This document shows positions 19,201-28,336 of a stretch of 64,000 nt of DNA, piece by piece. The stretch is taken from sequence record SRR31156797_2854; one strand, given 5' to 3'. The position numbers were made by a program, and so were the translations under genes. The notes under the pieces are model-generated. The model had not been told where the DNA came from. It worked only from the letters and a program-made list of their open reading frames with translations, and did no database searches. Position 1 is the first letter of the stretch. Each line of letters begins with the position of its first letter.

Positions 19201-19548
19201 GGGATCAGGGAATCGTTCAGAGCAACCAGGCTCAGCATGGACACCCGCCGGGCCATACTGCTCATTTTTAAGGAGGCCATGAACAATTGCGCCAAATATG
19301 CGCAGGCAAAAGATGTTACACTTTCAATAAATCTTTCCGGAACATCACTTCAGATTTCGCTACAGGATGATGGCCGTGGTTTCGATGCAGAAAACCCCGA
19401 ACATCAAAAAGGGTATGGCACCGGAATTATGAAAGAGCGCGCCGAAAAAATAGGTGGAACATTTACAATTCATTCAAAAAAAGGAGAAGGAACCCACATA
19501 ACCCTGAAATATGAAATCCCCCAAATGGGTGATGGCAGAACCACGTAA
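16249..19548 (+). CDS. Periplasmic beta-propeller (Reg_prop) + Y_Y_Y + HisKA_3/HATPase sensor histidine kinase
   Basis: Repeated QDxxGFMWFGT and WIGT blades, YRYKLEGFD..YTNLDAGDYTFRV, TM, AQDFHDEAG, KEAMNNCAKY, DDGRGF; start uncertain (TTG 16249 or 16276). Confidence 0.9.
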   Translation: MKQIDIDQTLASLNTYKSKCYKKAHLQTFSLICLLLSFLFQPISAQVQNLHFHRISADDGLPQHTVNCIIQDKHGFMWFGTQDGMARYDGYSFKTYRSEPGNPNSLSNNYIWDIHEDSLGIFWISSFGGGLTRFDPATETFKHFKREESNENSLSNNNTFQSISTGNEVWVCTNDGVSCVNTLNGDVKRLYTKPGTGDGHAGNFTGAIARDETGVVWIGSDEGLIRHNPDDRNHDIFPETPFGEKMQLQTIRDLRIIDNKLFIITTDAFLNIDFEREITNVLLKSSEADSSGQITFQNVHPALDGNFWIGTNKGLLQYNPESGNYYKYGSEDANEKGQLPQNSILSLCRSDDGVFWIGSQNGVGILYREKSQFQLIRKNPAKNNTLSSNRIKGIIDDNNGLVWIATVDGLNVWERQSDRFTVFRNKPGNSNSISSDYLLSLLMDDNDDLWIGTRQGGVNKLIRTPDQKLSSGQFRQYGPKGASIQHMMDDGEYLWLGSSGQGLIRMHKVTGETKQYMGDPDGYHPSHPYVFYVYKDSRKNFWLGTATGGLNLFDEESEQFVYLTNNKSNSNSLSNNLILCIFEDTKNRIWIGTASGLNRFKPSIKQDVFSMLQNMDDLGGADLFETYGRFEGLPNDVVYGIQEDRDGFLWLSTNNGLAKFDPEKGSVEKVFDMMDGLQNNEHNQNAFFTNDQGEMYFGGVGGFNVFHPEKLEKNTFKPPVVITDVKLYNVSVPLESVSKTNNPDLKLEVSPPSLKRLKLDYHHDVISFDFAAHSYINPDKNQYRYKLEGFDRQWIDDAGNRTATYTNLDAGDYTFRVIASNNDGIWNEEGAALQLSVSSAPWRTWYAYLAYVALLGLALYYFIRQRIYMATRELQMQHKIEKAKSEERAIFRKKSAQDFHDEAGNKITRINLYNELARSETGENKELQKYLDNIQKTTRELSSGTRDFIWVMDPEKDTLFETTLRIKDFGETMFGDSETAFHVKGIRESFRATRLSMDTRRAILLIFKEAMNNCAKYAQAKDVTLSINLSGTSLQISLQDDGRGFDAENPEHQKGYGTGIMKERAEKIGGTFTIHSKKGEGTHITLKYEIPQMGDGRTT

Positions 19549-19563
19549 ACAGGATTAATATTG
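19516..19563 (+). promoter_or_regulatory. Inverted-repeat box plus -7-like element upstream of the response regulator
   Basis: ATCCCCC-AAAT-GGGTGAT (19516-19533), 22 nt gap, TAATATTG (19556-19563). Confidence 0.6.
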
Positions 19564-19581
19564 CAGCATCAAATATAAATC

Positions 19582-20214
19582 ATGGACAATCAAACAAACA
19601 TTTCTGTAGCCATAGTTGAGGATGACGATGAAATCAGGGGATTGCTCGAATTACTCATCGATAAATCACCGGGATTTTCCTGCCAACAGGTGTTCAGCAG
19701 TTGTAGCGATAGCCTGGAAGCCCTCCGTTACAACCCGCCGGATGTGGTGCTGATGGACGTTGAAATGCCTTCAATTATGGGCATCGAGTGTGTGAAGCGG
19801 CTCAAATCTTCGTTGCCTGATACCGATTTTCTGATGCTCACCATCCGCGACGATAACGAAACCATTTTTGATGCGCTCACCGCCGGAGCCACCGGCTACC
19901 TGCTGAAAGACACACCACCGGCCATGCTGCTCACCAGCATCCGTGAAATCCACGAAGGCGGTTCACCCATGACGCCGGCCATAGCGCGAAAAATTGCCCA
20001 GTATTTCCACCCCACCACACCATCGCCACTGTCTGAACGCGAAACCCAAATTCTGCAAAAGCTCTGTGAAGGCAGCAGCTACACCGATGTTGCCGAAGAG
20101 TTGTACATCAGCGGAAATACCGTAAAAGCGCATATCAAAAATATCTACAGCAAACTACATGTAAACTCCCGTGCCGAGGCTGTTTCGAAAGCCATGCGCG
20201 ACAGGCTGGTATAA
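19582..20214 (+). CDS. NarL/LuxR-family response regulator
   Basis: IVEDD, VLMDVEMP, GATGYLLK, LSERETQIL, TVKAHIKNIYSKLHV. Confidence 0.95.
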   Translation: MDNQTNISVAIVEDDDEIRGLLELLIDKSPGFSCQQVFSSCSDSLEALRYNPPDVVLMDVEMPSIMGIECVKRLKSSLPDTDFLMLTIRDDNETIFDALTAGATGYLLKDTPPAMLLTSIREIHEGGSPMTPAIARKIAQYFHPTTPSPLSERETQILQKLCEGSSYTDVAEELYISGNTVKAHIKNIYSKLHVNSRAEAVSKAMRDRLV

Positions 20215-20258
20215 TCTTCCGATTCCAATCATTACGGTTTCACATCCAAAAATGTAAA

Positions 20259-20306
20259 TTACCCCATTTGGGTGATTGTACAGCCCTTCCTCCCAGGATA
20301 TTTTTG
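20259..20306 (+). promoter_or_regulatory. Second copy of the inverted-repeat box plus -7 element
   Basis: TTACCCC-ATTT-GGGTGAT (20259-20276), 22 nt gap, TATTTTTG (20299-20306). Confidence 0.65.
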
Positions 20307-20334
20307 CCGGGTACTAATCTTAAAATTCGCAGCA

Positions 20335-21348
20335 ATGAAAAACAACATCTACATCATCTTAGTTGCGCTATTACCTATTAGCGCTTTTTCGCAACCCAGT
20401 ATTAATATGACCAACATGCCCCAAACCGGTGATGAGGTCATGATTAGCATTTGCTCTGATCCCTTAAGCCCCGGTAACTCCGGAATGATGCAAACCTGGG
20501 ACATGAGCAGCCTGACAGAAACAGAAGAACAATCTTTCACGTATGTTGAACCGGAAACAGCGCCACGCATCGATTCATTTCCTGATGCAAACCTGGTGGC
20601 CCAAAACTGGACCGGAGATTTTAGCTTTTATCAGGTTTCAAATTCGGAACTTAAAATCCTGGGACATGTGATCTCAATCCCACCTGATGACACGAGCTTA
20701 GTGGTATATGACCAGACAGAACAGCTACTTCAACTTCCTTACACTTACAACGACAGCCATACCAGCGAATTCACAGGAAGTTCCTGGGTGCCGGGATTTG
20801 GTGAGTTTCCGTTTGATGGCTCTCTCGATTTTGAAGCCGATGGTTATGGCACACTTATGCTGCCCAATGCTACTTACGAAAATGTGGTGAGATACCATTT
20901 TTATCGTGAGCAGGTAAATTATGTAAATGGCATCCCTGCAGGTACCACCACCAAAGAACAGTGGGCCTGGGTTTCGGCAGAATATCGCTTTTGGCTCCTG
21001 ATCATGGAAGAAAACAACGATGGATTCAATACCACATCACTGGTTTGGTATGATAAAAACCCCTACCCTGCCACCACCTCAGGAATTGCTGATTTAGTCA
21101 ATAATCAACTTCATATTTTCCCGAATCCTGTCCAATCCGGCCATAGCCTGAATATTGAATGGAAAGCCAGGGAAACAGTAAATATTTCGGTATTTAATAC
21201 CAGCGGCCAATTGATGCTAAAACAGGTTGAGCATTTTCACACCGGCATCAATCCGGTTCAACTTCAGCTTGACCAAACCGGGGTATTCACCCTGATGATA
21301 GAAAACCGGGATCAGGTTTTCAACCAGCAAATTATGATAATTAAATAG
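20335..21348 (+). CDS. Secreted protein with T9SS C-terminal domain
   Basis: Signal peptide ending SAFSQ; ADGYGTLMLP; C-terminal IFPNP...GVFTLMI; ATG 20335 preferred. Confidence 0.8.
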   Translation: MKNNIYIILVALLPISAFSQPSINMTNMPQTGDEVMISICSDPLSPGNSGMMQTWDMSSLTETEEQSFTYVEPETAPRIDSFPDANLVAQNWTGDFSFYQVSNSELKILGHVISIPPDDTSLVVYDQTEQLLQLPYTYNDSHTSEFTGSSWVPGFGEFPFDGSLDFEADGYGTLMLPNATYENVVRYHFYREQVNYVNGIPAGTTTKEQWAWVSAEYRFWLLIMEENNDGFNTTSLVWYDKNPYPATTSGIADLVNNQLHIFPNPVQSGHSLNIEWKARETVNISVFNTSGQLMLKQVEHFHTGINPVQLQLDQTGVFTLMIENRDQVFNQQIMIIK

Positions 21349-21375
21349 ATTAAAAACCCACTAATATTTTAAATT

Positions 21376-21933
21376 ATGAAACCACGTAACAAATTTTTAA
21401 TGCTCCTGGCGATGCCGCTTTTGTTGACCATTTTTACATCCTGTAAAAAAGACAATGACAACGACCCCACAGAACCCGACACACTTCCGGATGCCGTTTT
21501 CAATGCCACAACCAGTGGTGATGAATCTGAAACATACAGCTTTACGTTGCCCGAGGGCAAAGCAGGCACCTATGCGATAAACGGATCACATGTTTCTAGC
21601 GTGGATATTTTTCAAATGACTGTGATGGAAATGCCCGCAGGATGGCAAATGAGTATTTCGGTGAATATGGAAAACTTTGGAACTGGAACATACCAAATGA
21701 ACCAGGGGCAAACCGACATAAGCTCATACCACAATGATGCTACCGGCAAAACCTACATTTCCACATCCGGAACAATTAATATCACCAAAGCCGACCAGTA
21801 CCTCGAAGCAGGATCCCAGGATGGCTATTACATCGAAGGGAATTTTACGATGCAGGGTATCGACACGAACACACCGCCTAACCAGGTGACTGTTTCGGGA
21901 AGCTTCGAGGGAATTTACATTGGAACGATGTAG
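21376..21933 (+). CDS. Lipoprotein of unknown function
   Basis: Lipobox IFTSC followed by KKDNDND. Confidence 0.8.
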   Translation: MKPRNKFLMLLAMPLLLTIFTSCKKDNDNDPTEPDTLPDAVFNATTSGDESETYSFTLPEGKAGTYAINGSHVSSVDIFQMTVMEMPAGWQMSISVNMENFGTGTYQMNQGQTDISSYHNDATGKTYISTSGTINITKADQYLEAGSQDGYYIEGNFTMQGIDTNTPPNQVTVSGSFEGIYIGTM

Positions 21934-21967
21934 ATCAATTGATAGAACCTCTGTTTCAGAGGATCGC

Positions 21968-22001
21968 AAAGAGATGCCCTATATTGGGTGTCTCTTTTTT
22001 T
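21968..22001 (+). terminator. Intrinsic terminator
   Basis: AAAGAGATGCCC / GGGTGTCTCTTT stem followed by a T-run. Confidence 0.8.
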
Positions 22002-22012
22002 ATGCTCAGTGG

Positions 22013-23122
22013 CTAAGCATTTTCACCTAATCTGGCACCACCTTCAAGTTTGAGTTGCAGGCTCACCTTAAAAATTCCCTGATTATCATTAACCGTCAAT
22101 TTGTAATCATCCCCATAAATCAAGTCGAGGCGGCGCTTTACATTTTTCAACCCAATACCTTCTGAATAGCCTGCTTCATCCTTTTTTGCATCAATGGGTT
22201 TATTGTTCTCCACCCTGAAAGTGAGGTTATAATCCTCGATCTCTATTAAAATATTGATCCAGGGTTTTTCGATTTGTTTGCTCAACCCATGCTTAAATCC
22301 GTTTTCGATAAAAGGGATCAACAGCAGCGGTGCAATCATTTTTCCATTGGCCCTGCCCTGCACATCAAAATTCACTTTGAGCTCACTTTGATACCTCATT
22401 TTTTCCAGGTCGAGATAATCGCGTAGCAGGTTGATTTCCTTCTCCAGGGGCACACTAGGCACATTGCATTCGTAAAGCATATAGCTTAAAAGATCTGACA
22501 ACTTTACCACCACCTCGGGAGCCTTGTCGGATCTATCCAGTGTTAGTGCATAGAGGTTGTTGAGGGTATTAAATAAAAAATGCGGGTGTATCTGCGACTT
22601 CAGGAATTTCAGTTCCGATTCAAGCTTTTGTTGCATCAATTCCTGATTTTGTTTTTGATCGGCAAGCCAATGTTCAAAAAGCTTCACTGAAGCAAAGATC
22701 GCAGGCATTACCCAAATGTTGAAAAAGGAATACAGGTAGTTAAACCTGAAAAAATACTCCTTCGATTCTGCATCAGGATACAAATATGGCATGGTAATGT
22801 ACACCACCACCGCCCGCTGAATAAAAACGGAGGCAATTGCTGTAATTAAAAACAACTGAAAAAAAGCACCAAACCGCTTTTGAAGCAGGAATCGTGGAAT
22901 AAGGAAAAAAACCAGGAAATAGGCAGCCGTCATATCAATCCACCCGGTAATGCTGAATTGGAGGAGGGCCTTACCAAGACTAATAGACGGATAAAAAAAC
23001 GCATAGATTGAAGCATAAATAAAAATGTACAGCCCCCAAACCAACAGGTGTAAAACCAGCCGGTATTTCCGGTAGTTTCTCCAGCCCAACAGATCTCCCA
23101 AATTTACATTTCGTGTTTGCAT
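22013..23122 (-). CDS. LytS/YehU-type membrane histidine kinase (no adjacent regulator)
   Basis: 4 TM segments; LKSQIHPHFLFNTLNNLY, FIENGFKHG, GIGLKNVKRRL; TATCTTTG box at 23141-23148. Confidence 0.93.
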   Translation of the reverse strand: MQTRNVNLGDLLGWRNYRKYRLVLHLLVWGLYIFIYASIYAFFYPSISLGKALLQFSITGWIDMTAAYFLVFFLIPRFLLQKRFGAFFQLFLITAIASVFIQRAVVVYITMPYLYPDAESKEYFFRFNYLYSFFNIWVMPAIFASVKLFEHWLADQKQNQELMQQKLESELKFLKSQIHPHFLFNTLNNLYALTLDRSDKAPEVVVKLSDLLSYMLYECNVPSVPLEKEINLLRDYLDLEKMRYQSELKVNFDVQGRANGKMIAPLLLIPFIENGFKHGLSKQIEKPWINILIEIEDYNLTFRVENNKPIDAKKDEAGYSEGIGLKNVKRRLDLIYGDDYKLTVNDNQGIFKVSLQLKLEGGARLGENA

Positions 23123-23343
23123 ATTTTATCAATTGAAACCCAAAGATAAGGCAAAGGCGGAATTAGGGGGTAAAAAGTAGATTTACTGCCCGCAAGTCCA
23201 TCCAAACTACATTTTATGGCCAACAAACGGCATTGAACAACTATTACCTGTATTGCAGTTGCCAATACCCTGCGCTGGTCGAGCTTATTTCCTTTTGGTG
23301 ATGTAAGCATATATTTTAGCCTGAAATTTTTAAAACTATAACA

Positions 23344-25491
23344 ATGAAAACTAACCTGACACTTCAGAGAATTCAATGCGCACTGATCGCAATCTTTATG
23401 CTTTCAGCTATCAATAATTATGGTCAGGCCGATCTAAAGCAGTACCTGATTGACGATACATTTACCGAAGGTGTGGATGTTTTTGTTGCCGATATCAATA
23501 GCGACGGGCACAAAGACATCCTGGGTGTAGCCAAATTAAATGGCGGCGAAGTTGCCTGGTGGGAAAATGACGGGGAACAGCAGTTTAACGAAAAGCATAT
23601 TATAATTCAAAGTTTTGATGGCGCCCGGTCTGCAAGAGCATTGGACCTGGACGGGGATGAAGATACTGACATAATCGCCGCAGCGTGGATTGCCAATGAC
23701 ATCCTTTGGTGGGAAAACGACGGCAATCAAAACTGGACCATGCATGTGGTGGACACCAATTTTGTAGGTGCACATACGGTTGAAGTAATCGATGTAAATA
23801 AAGATGGATACCTGGATGTGCTTTGTTCCGGATTTGATTTTTATGGAAAGGAAGGCGAAATTGCATGGTGGGAAAATGACGGAGAGCAAAATTTCACCAA
23901 ACATCTTATATCCGAACGTTTTCAGCAATCGCCGTTTATTTATGGTGCAGACATGGATGGGGATGTAGACATCGATATAATTGCCTGTGGCGAATTGAAC
24001 GGTGAACTTTACTGGTGGGAAAACAACGGTAATGAAGATTTTACTGAACATGAAATTGATCCGGAGTTTGATGGCGCACATACCGTGCTGGCGCGTGATG
24101 TGGATGGTGATAACGACATGGACATTCTAGGAGCTGCCTGCATAGGCAGCCGCATGGTTTGGTGGGAGAACCATGGATATAACGATTTTGAAAAGCACGA
24201 CCTCGGTGTATTTGCGGGAGCACTTTGGCTGGATGCCGCAGATATGGACCTGGACGGAGATATGGATCTTGTTGGCGGTGGAATGGGCATGCCCAGGATA
24301 GCGATTTGGTACAACGACGGGCAAAATGATTTTACCCGCTATTTTTCTCCCAATGGTTTTTCTTCACTTTTCTGTACCATCCCAACTGACCTGGACAACG
24401 ACACAGATATGGATATTGTCGGTATTGGCTACAACAGCAACATGGTGGCCTGGGAAATGAACCAGATGATCAACCCGGATCTGATTGACGCACCTGAAAG
24501 TGTTGCCTTCGATCATGAATACGGCCGCTACCTTGTTTCGTGTATCAATGCTGATGCCATTATTGCCATAGATGCTGAAACACGCGAACAGGAAATATTT
24601 ATCGGGGGTATCGAGTCACCACTCGGAAACACAATCCATGACGGGGTGATTTATTTTTCGACGGGTGAAACAGTAAAAGGCTATGATCTGAACTCAAAAT
24701 CAGAGGTCCTTTCAATCGATATTCCCTGTATTCAGCACCTGGACGGTATGACCACCGATAACGATGGAAATCTTTATGTGATCGACACCGGTGGTAAAAT
24801 TCACAAAGTAGATCTGGAAACCGGTGAAGTAGTTTGCATTGTGGATTCCGGCCTCACCCAATGGATCCAGGATTGCATCTATGATCCCTTTAACAACCGC
24901 CTGTTATCAGTGGGCTGGTCGCCGATGGCTCCTGTACAGGCCATCAACCTGGAAACTCTTGAAGTTACGACAGCCACTACCACAAGCTTTGGATATTTTG
25001 ATGGCATCACAATAGATCAGGCAGGAAATGTTTACGTGGCTTCACATGTAGCACCCGGAAAAATCATCAGATACGACAGTGATTTCAGCGGATATGAAAT
25101 CATATCAGAAGGTCATGATGAACCGGCAGGACTGGATTATAACACTTTTGATAACATCCTGGCAATACCAAACTTTGCCGGCAACAAAGTTGATTTTATC
25201 GATATTCAAACAACAGGCATAAACGACTCAGGTCATGCCGGAGAAAATCCGGTTAAAGTTTATCCAAATCCAAACGATGGAAAATTCATGTTGAAAATCG
25301 AGATACCACTGGGCAACCTTGGACTAAGTATTACCAATAGCTCCGGGCAGCAGATTATTAACCAGAAAACCCTGAAAGATTATAATGATGCAATTTTCCG
25401 TTTCGACATCTCGAATCATCCGCAAGGCGTGTATTTTCTGAAACTGATAAATGAAAAGTCATTGTTTTCTGAAAAAATCATTGTGGAATAA
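23344..25491 (+). CDS. FG-GAP/VCBS repeat + SMP-30-like propeller protein with T9SS C-terminal domain
   Basis: About 7 repeats of DxDGDxDxD...WWENDG; DGMTTD and DGITID blades; VYPNPNDG...GVYFLK. Confidence 0.85.
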   Translation: MKTNLTLQRIQCALIAIFMLSAINNYGQADLKQYLIDDTFTEGVDVFVADINSDGHKDILGVAKLNGGEVAWWENDGEQQFNEKHIIIQSFDGARSARALDLDGDEDTDIIAAAWIANDILWWENDGNQNWTMHVVDTNFVGAHTVEVIDVNKDGYLDVLCSGFDFYGKEGEIAWWENDGEQNFTKHLISERFQQSPFIYGADMDGDVDIDIIACGELNGELYWWENNGNEDFTEHEIDPEFDGAHTVLARDVDGDNDMDILGAACIGSRMVWWENHGYNDFEKHDLGVFAGALWLDAADMDLDGDMDLVGGGMGMPRIAIWYNDGQNDFTRYFSPNGFSSLFCTIPTDLDNDTDMDIVGIGYNSNMVAWEMNQMINPDLIDAPESVAFDHEYGRYLVSCINADAIIAIDAETREQEIFIGGIESPLGNTIHDGVIYFSTGETVKGYDLNSKSEVLSIDIPCIQHLDGMTTDNDGNLYVIDTGGKIHKVDLETGEVVCIVDSGLTQWIQDCIYDPFNNRLLSVGWSPMAPVQAINLETLEVTTATTTSFGYFDGITIDQAGNVYVASHVAPGKIIRYDSDFSGYEIISEGHDEPAGLDYNTFDNILAIPNFAGNKVDFIDIQTTGINDSGHAGENPVKVYPNPNDGKFMLKIEIPLGNLGLSITNSSGQQIINQKTLKDYNDAIFRFDISNHPQGVYFLKLINEKSLFSEKIIVE

Positions 25492-25554
25492 ACAGGTATA
25501 TTCAGAAATAATCCGGCAGCAAAGTATATACACTATCACTATATAATCTTAAAC

Positions 25555-25797
25555 ATGCAAAAACCATATTCCAATATGCGAATCAAAATAAAATCATGGT
25601 GGTTGATAACCATGCTGGTCCTTAGCATTGGAATATCAATTGTTTTAGCGATTTATTTTATCATTGAGCCACGGGCATTTATTGTGATCATTTCATTGCC
25701 CTTGTTCTTTGCGATCGTGAGGATTGTCTATCTCTTACGATCTAATACCATGAACCACAAAACGCATAAAACAACAAAACCAACAGTATTCTTCTGA
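25555..25797 (+). CDS. Small two-TM membrane protein
   Basis: Two hydrophobic helices; co-oriented with neighbours. Confidence 0.5.
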   Translation: MQKPYSNMRIKIKSWWLITMLVLSIGISIVLAIYFIIEPRAFIVIISLPLFFAIVRIVYLLRSNTMNHKTHKTTKPTVFF

Positions 25798-25866
25798 TTC
25801 TGTAAAAAAAGGACCTGTTGAATATTTCGATGCTTATTGAACCCAACTACTCAAAAATAAAAAAGG

Positions 25867-27576
25867 ATGAAAACTTTGCTTAACATGCCGGTATTTATAA
25901 AAAGCAGTTTATTTATGCTTTCGGTAATTTTCTCAGTTGGGTTGATTTTTGCATCTTTGGAGTTGCCATTCAAACTCGATGAATGGGTGGGGACCGCCTT
26001 TAATTTTCCCGGGTACGACCATCAAATATCGGCAATGCATATGAGTAAAGCTGAATTGTATGCTGAGCATCTGCACCTGAAAACACTCGGATATTTTGGA
26101 TTATTATCCATAGTTATTTTAATTATTACCGGGCTTTTTACAAATAAGCAAAAACTTGCTTTCATCGGTGCATTTGCTATTTTTCTTCCGGTTTTTGGGC
26201 ATTTTGCACTGACCATGTTTTTTCTTGCCGGCCTCGGGTTCCTAAGGTTTTTATGGATCCCATTTACAGATATATCTCCCAATCTTATGCGACTTGGTGA
26301 TATAATACTACTCCCGCGTGATATTTTTATTTGGGCAGGTGATGCGGTTCATATCAATCTTCGTACAATTATTCCTGTTGTGTTTATAGCTGTTGGAGTT
26401 GTAATGTTTGTTATGGGCGTATATACCTGGTTTACCACGAAATTTGTAAGAAAGAATGTAGCCATTTCGATGTTATACAAGGTGTCAAGACATCCACAGT
26501 ATTTAGGTTGGATATTGTGGAGTTATGGATTGTTTCTGCTGCCTGTGGATGCACAAAAAAGATCGTGGTCGTACGCCGATACCCTGCCCTGGTTGATTCC
26601 AACAATGATTATCATTGCCATTTCGATGATGGAAGAGGTCCGGATGAAAAAACAATTTGGGGTAGAATATGAAAAGTTCAGGTCCAAAACGGCATTTATG
26701 TTTCCTTTGCCCGGGTTCCTAAAGAGCGCCTTGTTGAAACCCCTCAAAGTATTGTTTGGAAGCAGGGAATATCAAACAAAAAGTAAAGTGCTGATTTTTA
26801 CCGGTATTTATACCATTCTGTTTATGTTGGTTTCCTATGCATATTTAATCTTTACCGAACCCTCAGTAGGAAGCAAATATTTCCCATCAGCTTACGAAAA
26901 CAGGGTGAATACGCTGGTGCACAAGCTTGAAAATGGAGAATCCAGAAGAATGAAAGACATTGCAGCGCTTGACCTGGAAAGGTATGGAAGCCTGGCATAT
27001 GAAGCACTGGTTGGACTGATCAATTCACCGGACGAACATACCCGGAATTATGCCGTAAGGACACTCGGCAAGGTGGGAAATTGTAACGCATGCCAGCATA
27101 TTGTTGCGCAACTGAAAACTGACAGTACTTCGCTGAATTTTGAATTTATAAAAACCCTGGGCATTTTAAAATGTAAGGAAGCTGAAAAAATAATGCTTGA
27201 AGACATGAAGTCACCAAATGCCAGTTGGAAGAGCCATGAAGCCATCGCACTTGGCCGAATGGGTTCAAAAAATGTTGCTGATTTTTTAATCAGGGATTTT
27301 GCTAAAAACGGGTTATACACAAAGCTGGCCTATATTGAAGTATTGGGCAGATTAAAAGCAACGGAATCAGCACCATTACTTATCGAACAGCTTAACAGCG
27401 AAAACAAACTAATCCTTGATGCAGCCATTGTAGCCCTGTCGCAAATTGGATCAAAAGATGCCATTGAACCACTTAAATCTCTGGTAAAAGATTGCAACTG
27501 GGAAACAAAAATCTATGCTGAAGAAGCAATCAACATCCTGAATGATAAACGCAAAATTGCAACAGCAAATTTATAA
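25867..27576 (+). CDS. Membrane ICMT/PEMT-like methyltransferase domain fused to HEAT repeats
   Basis: LYKVSRHPQYLG and EE..MKKQFG.EY motifs; C-terminal AVRTLGKVG, AIALGRMG and AIVALSQIG repeats. Confidence 0.75.
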   Translation: MKTLLNMPVFIKSSLFMLSVIFSVGLIFASLELPFKLDEWVGTAFNFPGYDHQISAMHMSKAELYAEHLHLKTLGYFGLLSIVILIITGLFTNKQKLAFIGAFAIFLPVFGHFALTMFFLAGLGFLRFLWIPFTDISPNLMRLGDIILLPRDIFIWAGDAVHINLRTIIPVVFIAVGVVMFVMGVYTWFTTKFVRKNVAISMLYKVSRHPQYLGWILWSYGLFLLPVDAQKRSWSYADTLPWLIPTMIIIAISMMEEVRMKKQFGVEYEKFRSKTAFMFPLPGFLKSALLKPLKVLFGSREYQTKSKVLIFTGIYTILFMLVSYAYLIFTEPSVGSKYFPSAYENRVNTLVHKLENGESRRMKDIAALDLERYGSLAYEALVGLINSPDEHTRNYAVRTLGKVGNCNACQHIVAQLKTDSTSLNFEFIKTLGILKCKEAEKIMLEDMKSPNASWKSHEAIALGRMGSKNVADFLIRDFAKNGLYTKLAYIEVLGRLKATESAPLLIEQLNSENKLILDAAIVALSQIGSKDAIEPLKSLVKDCNWETKIYAEEAINILNDKRKIATANL

Positions 27577-27604
27577 AACAACCAACGTAGGGTGAAATAC
27601 CAAC

Positions 27605-27982
27605 CTATTTACCAACCTGAGACTTTGCTTTAAATATCGCAGAGGTGATCACCTCGATCAACAATCCATAAATGGCACCCATCACGAAGGTTGAAATAAG
27701 AATCATTTGAGGTGTAAAGTTAGGATCTTCCGGCATCATCAGACCGCTAAAAGCCAGTGGCGTACTAAACAAAATGCCCATCACAATGCCATGAACAGCC
27801 CAGTGGCCAAAGTTGAACCGGCTCAGTCCGATGGCAAATCCCATCAATATTCGGCTCGAGATTATTTGTGCAGCAACAGGGTAAGGCAATTCACCCTCTC
27901 CAGAAGAGGCAAAAGAATAACATACCAATCCAAACAAAAGGCCACTCAGCGTGGCAATGATCAAGCGTTTTACAGGTTTCAT
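27605..27982 (-). CDS. Four-TM membrane protein of unknown function
   Basis: Glycine-rich hydrophobic helices. Confidence 0.7.
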   Translation of the reverse strand: MKPVKRLIIATLSGLLFGLVCYSFASSGEGELPYPVAAQIISSRILMGFAIGLSRFNFGHWAVHGIVMGILFSTPLAFSGLMMPEDPNFTPQMILISTFVMGAIYGLLIEVITSAIFKAKSQVGK

Positions 27983-28336
27983 AGTCTCTATTGTTTTGAT
28001 GAATAAATGAAGAATTATCCTTTCGCAAATATAACTATTTGAAAAAAATAACCACGTTGGAAACTGACTTCAAATGAAAGTTCGATAGCCATTCTAAACA
28101 GTAGGAAATATTTAGGGTGTGAGTTGTCACGATAAAAATCTCTAAGTATTATTCCGGAGGTTCTATTTTAGTCATATAAGCTATTAAACGGAATCATTAT
28201 CTTTCCGTCATGCTATCTTTACTTTTGGCGGTTCCGGATTCGCATCAGAATGATTACCGCATGTTTGACAGGTTTATCATAGCTAGGCCATGGGTGGAAG
28301 ATTTATCCTACCTTAGTGCATTGATAACAAAAAGTA

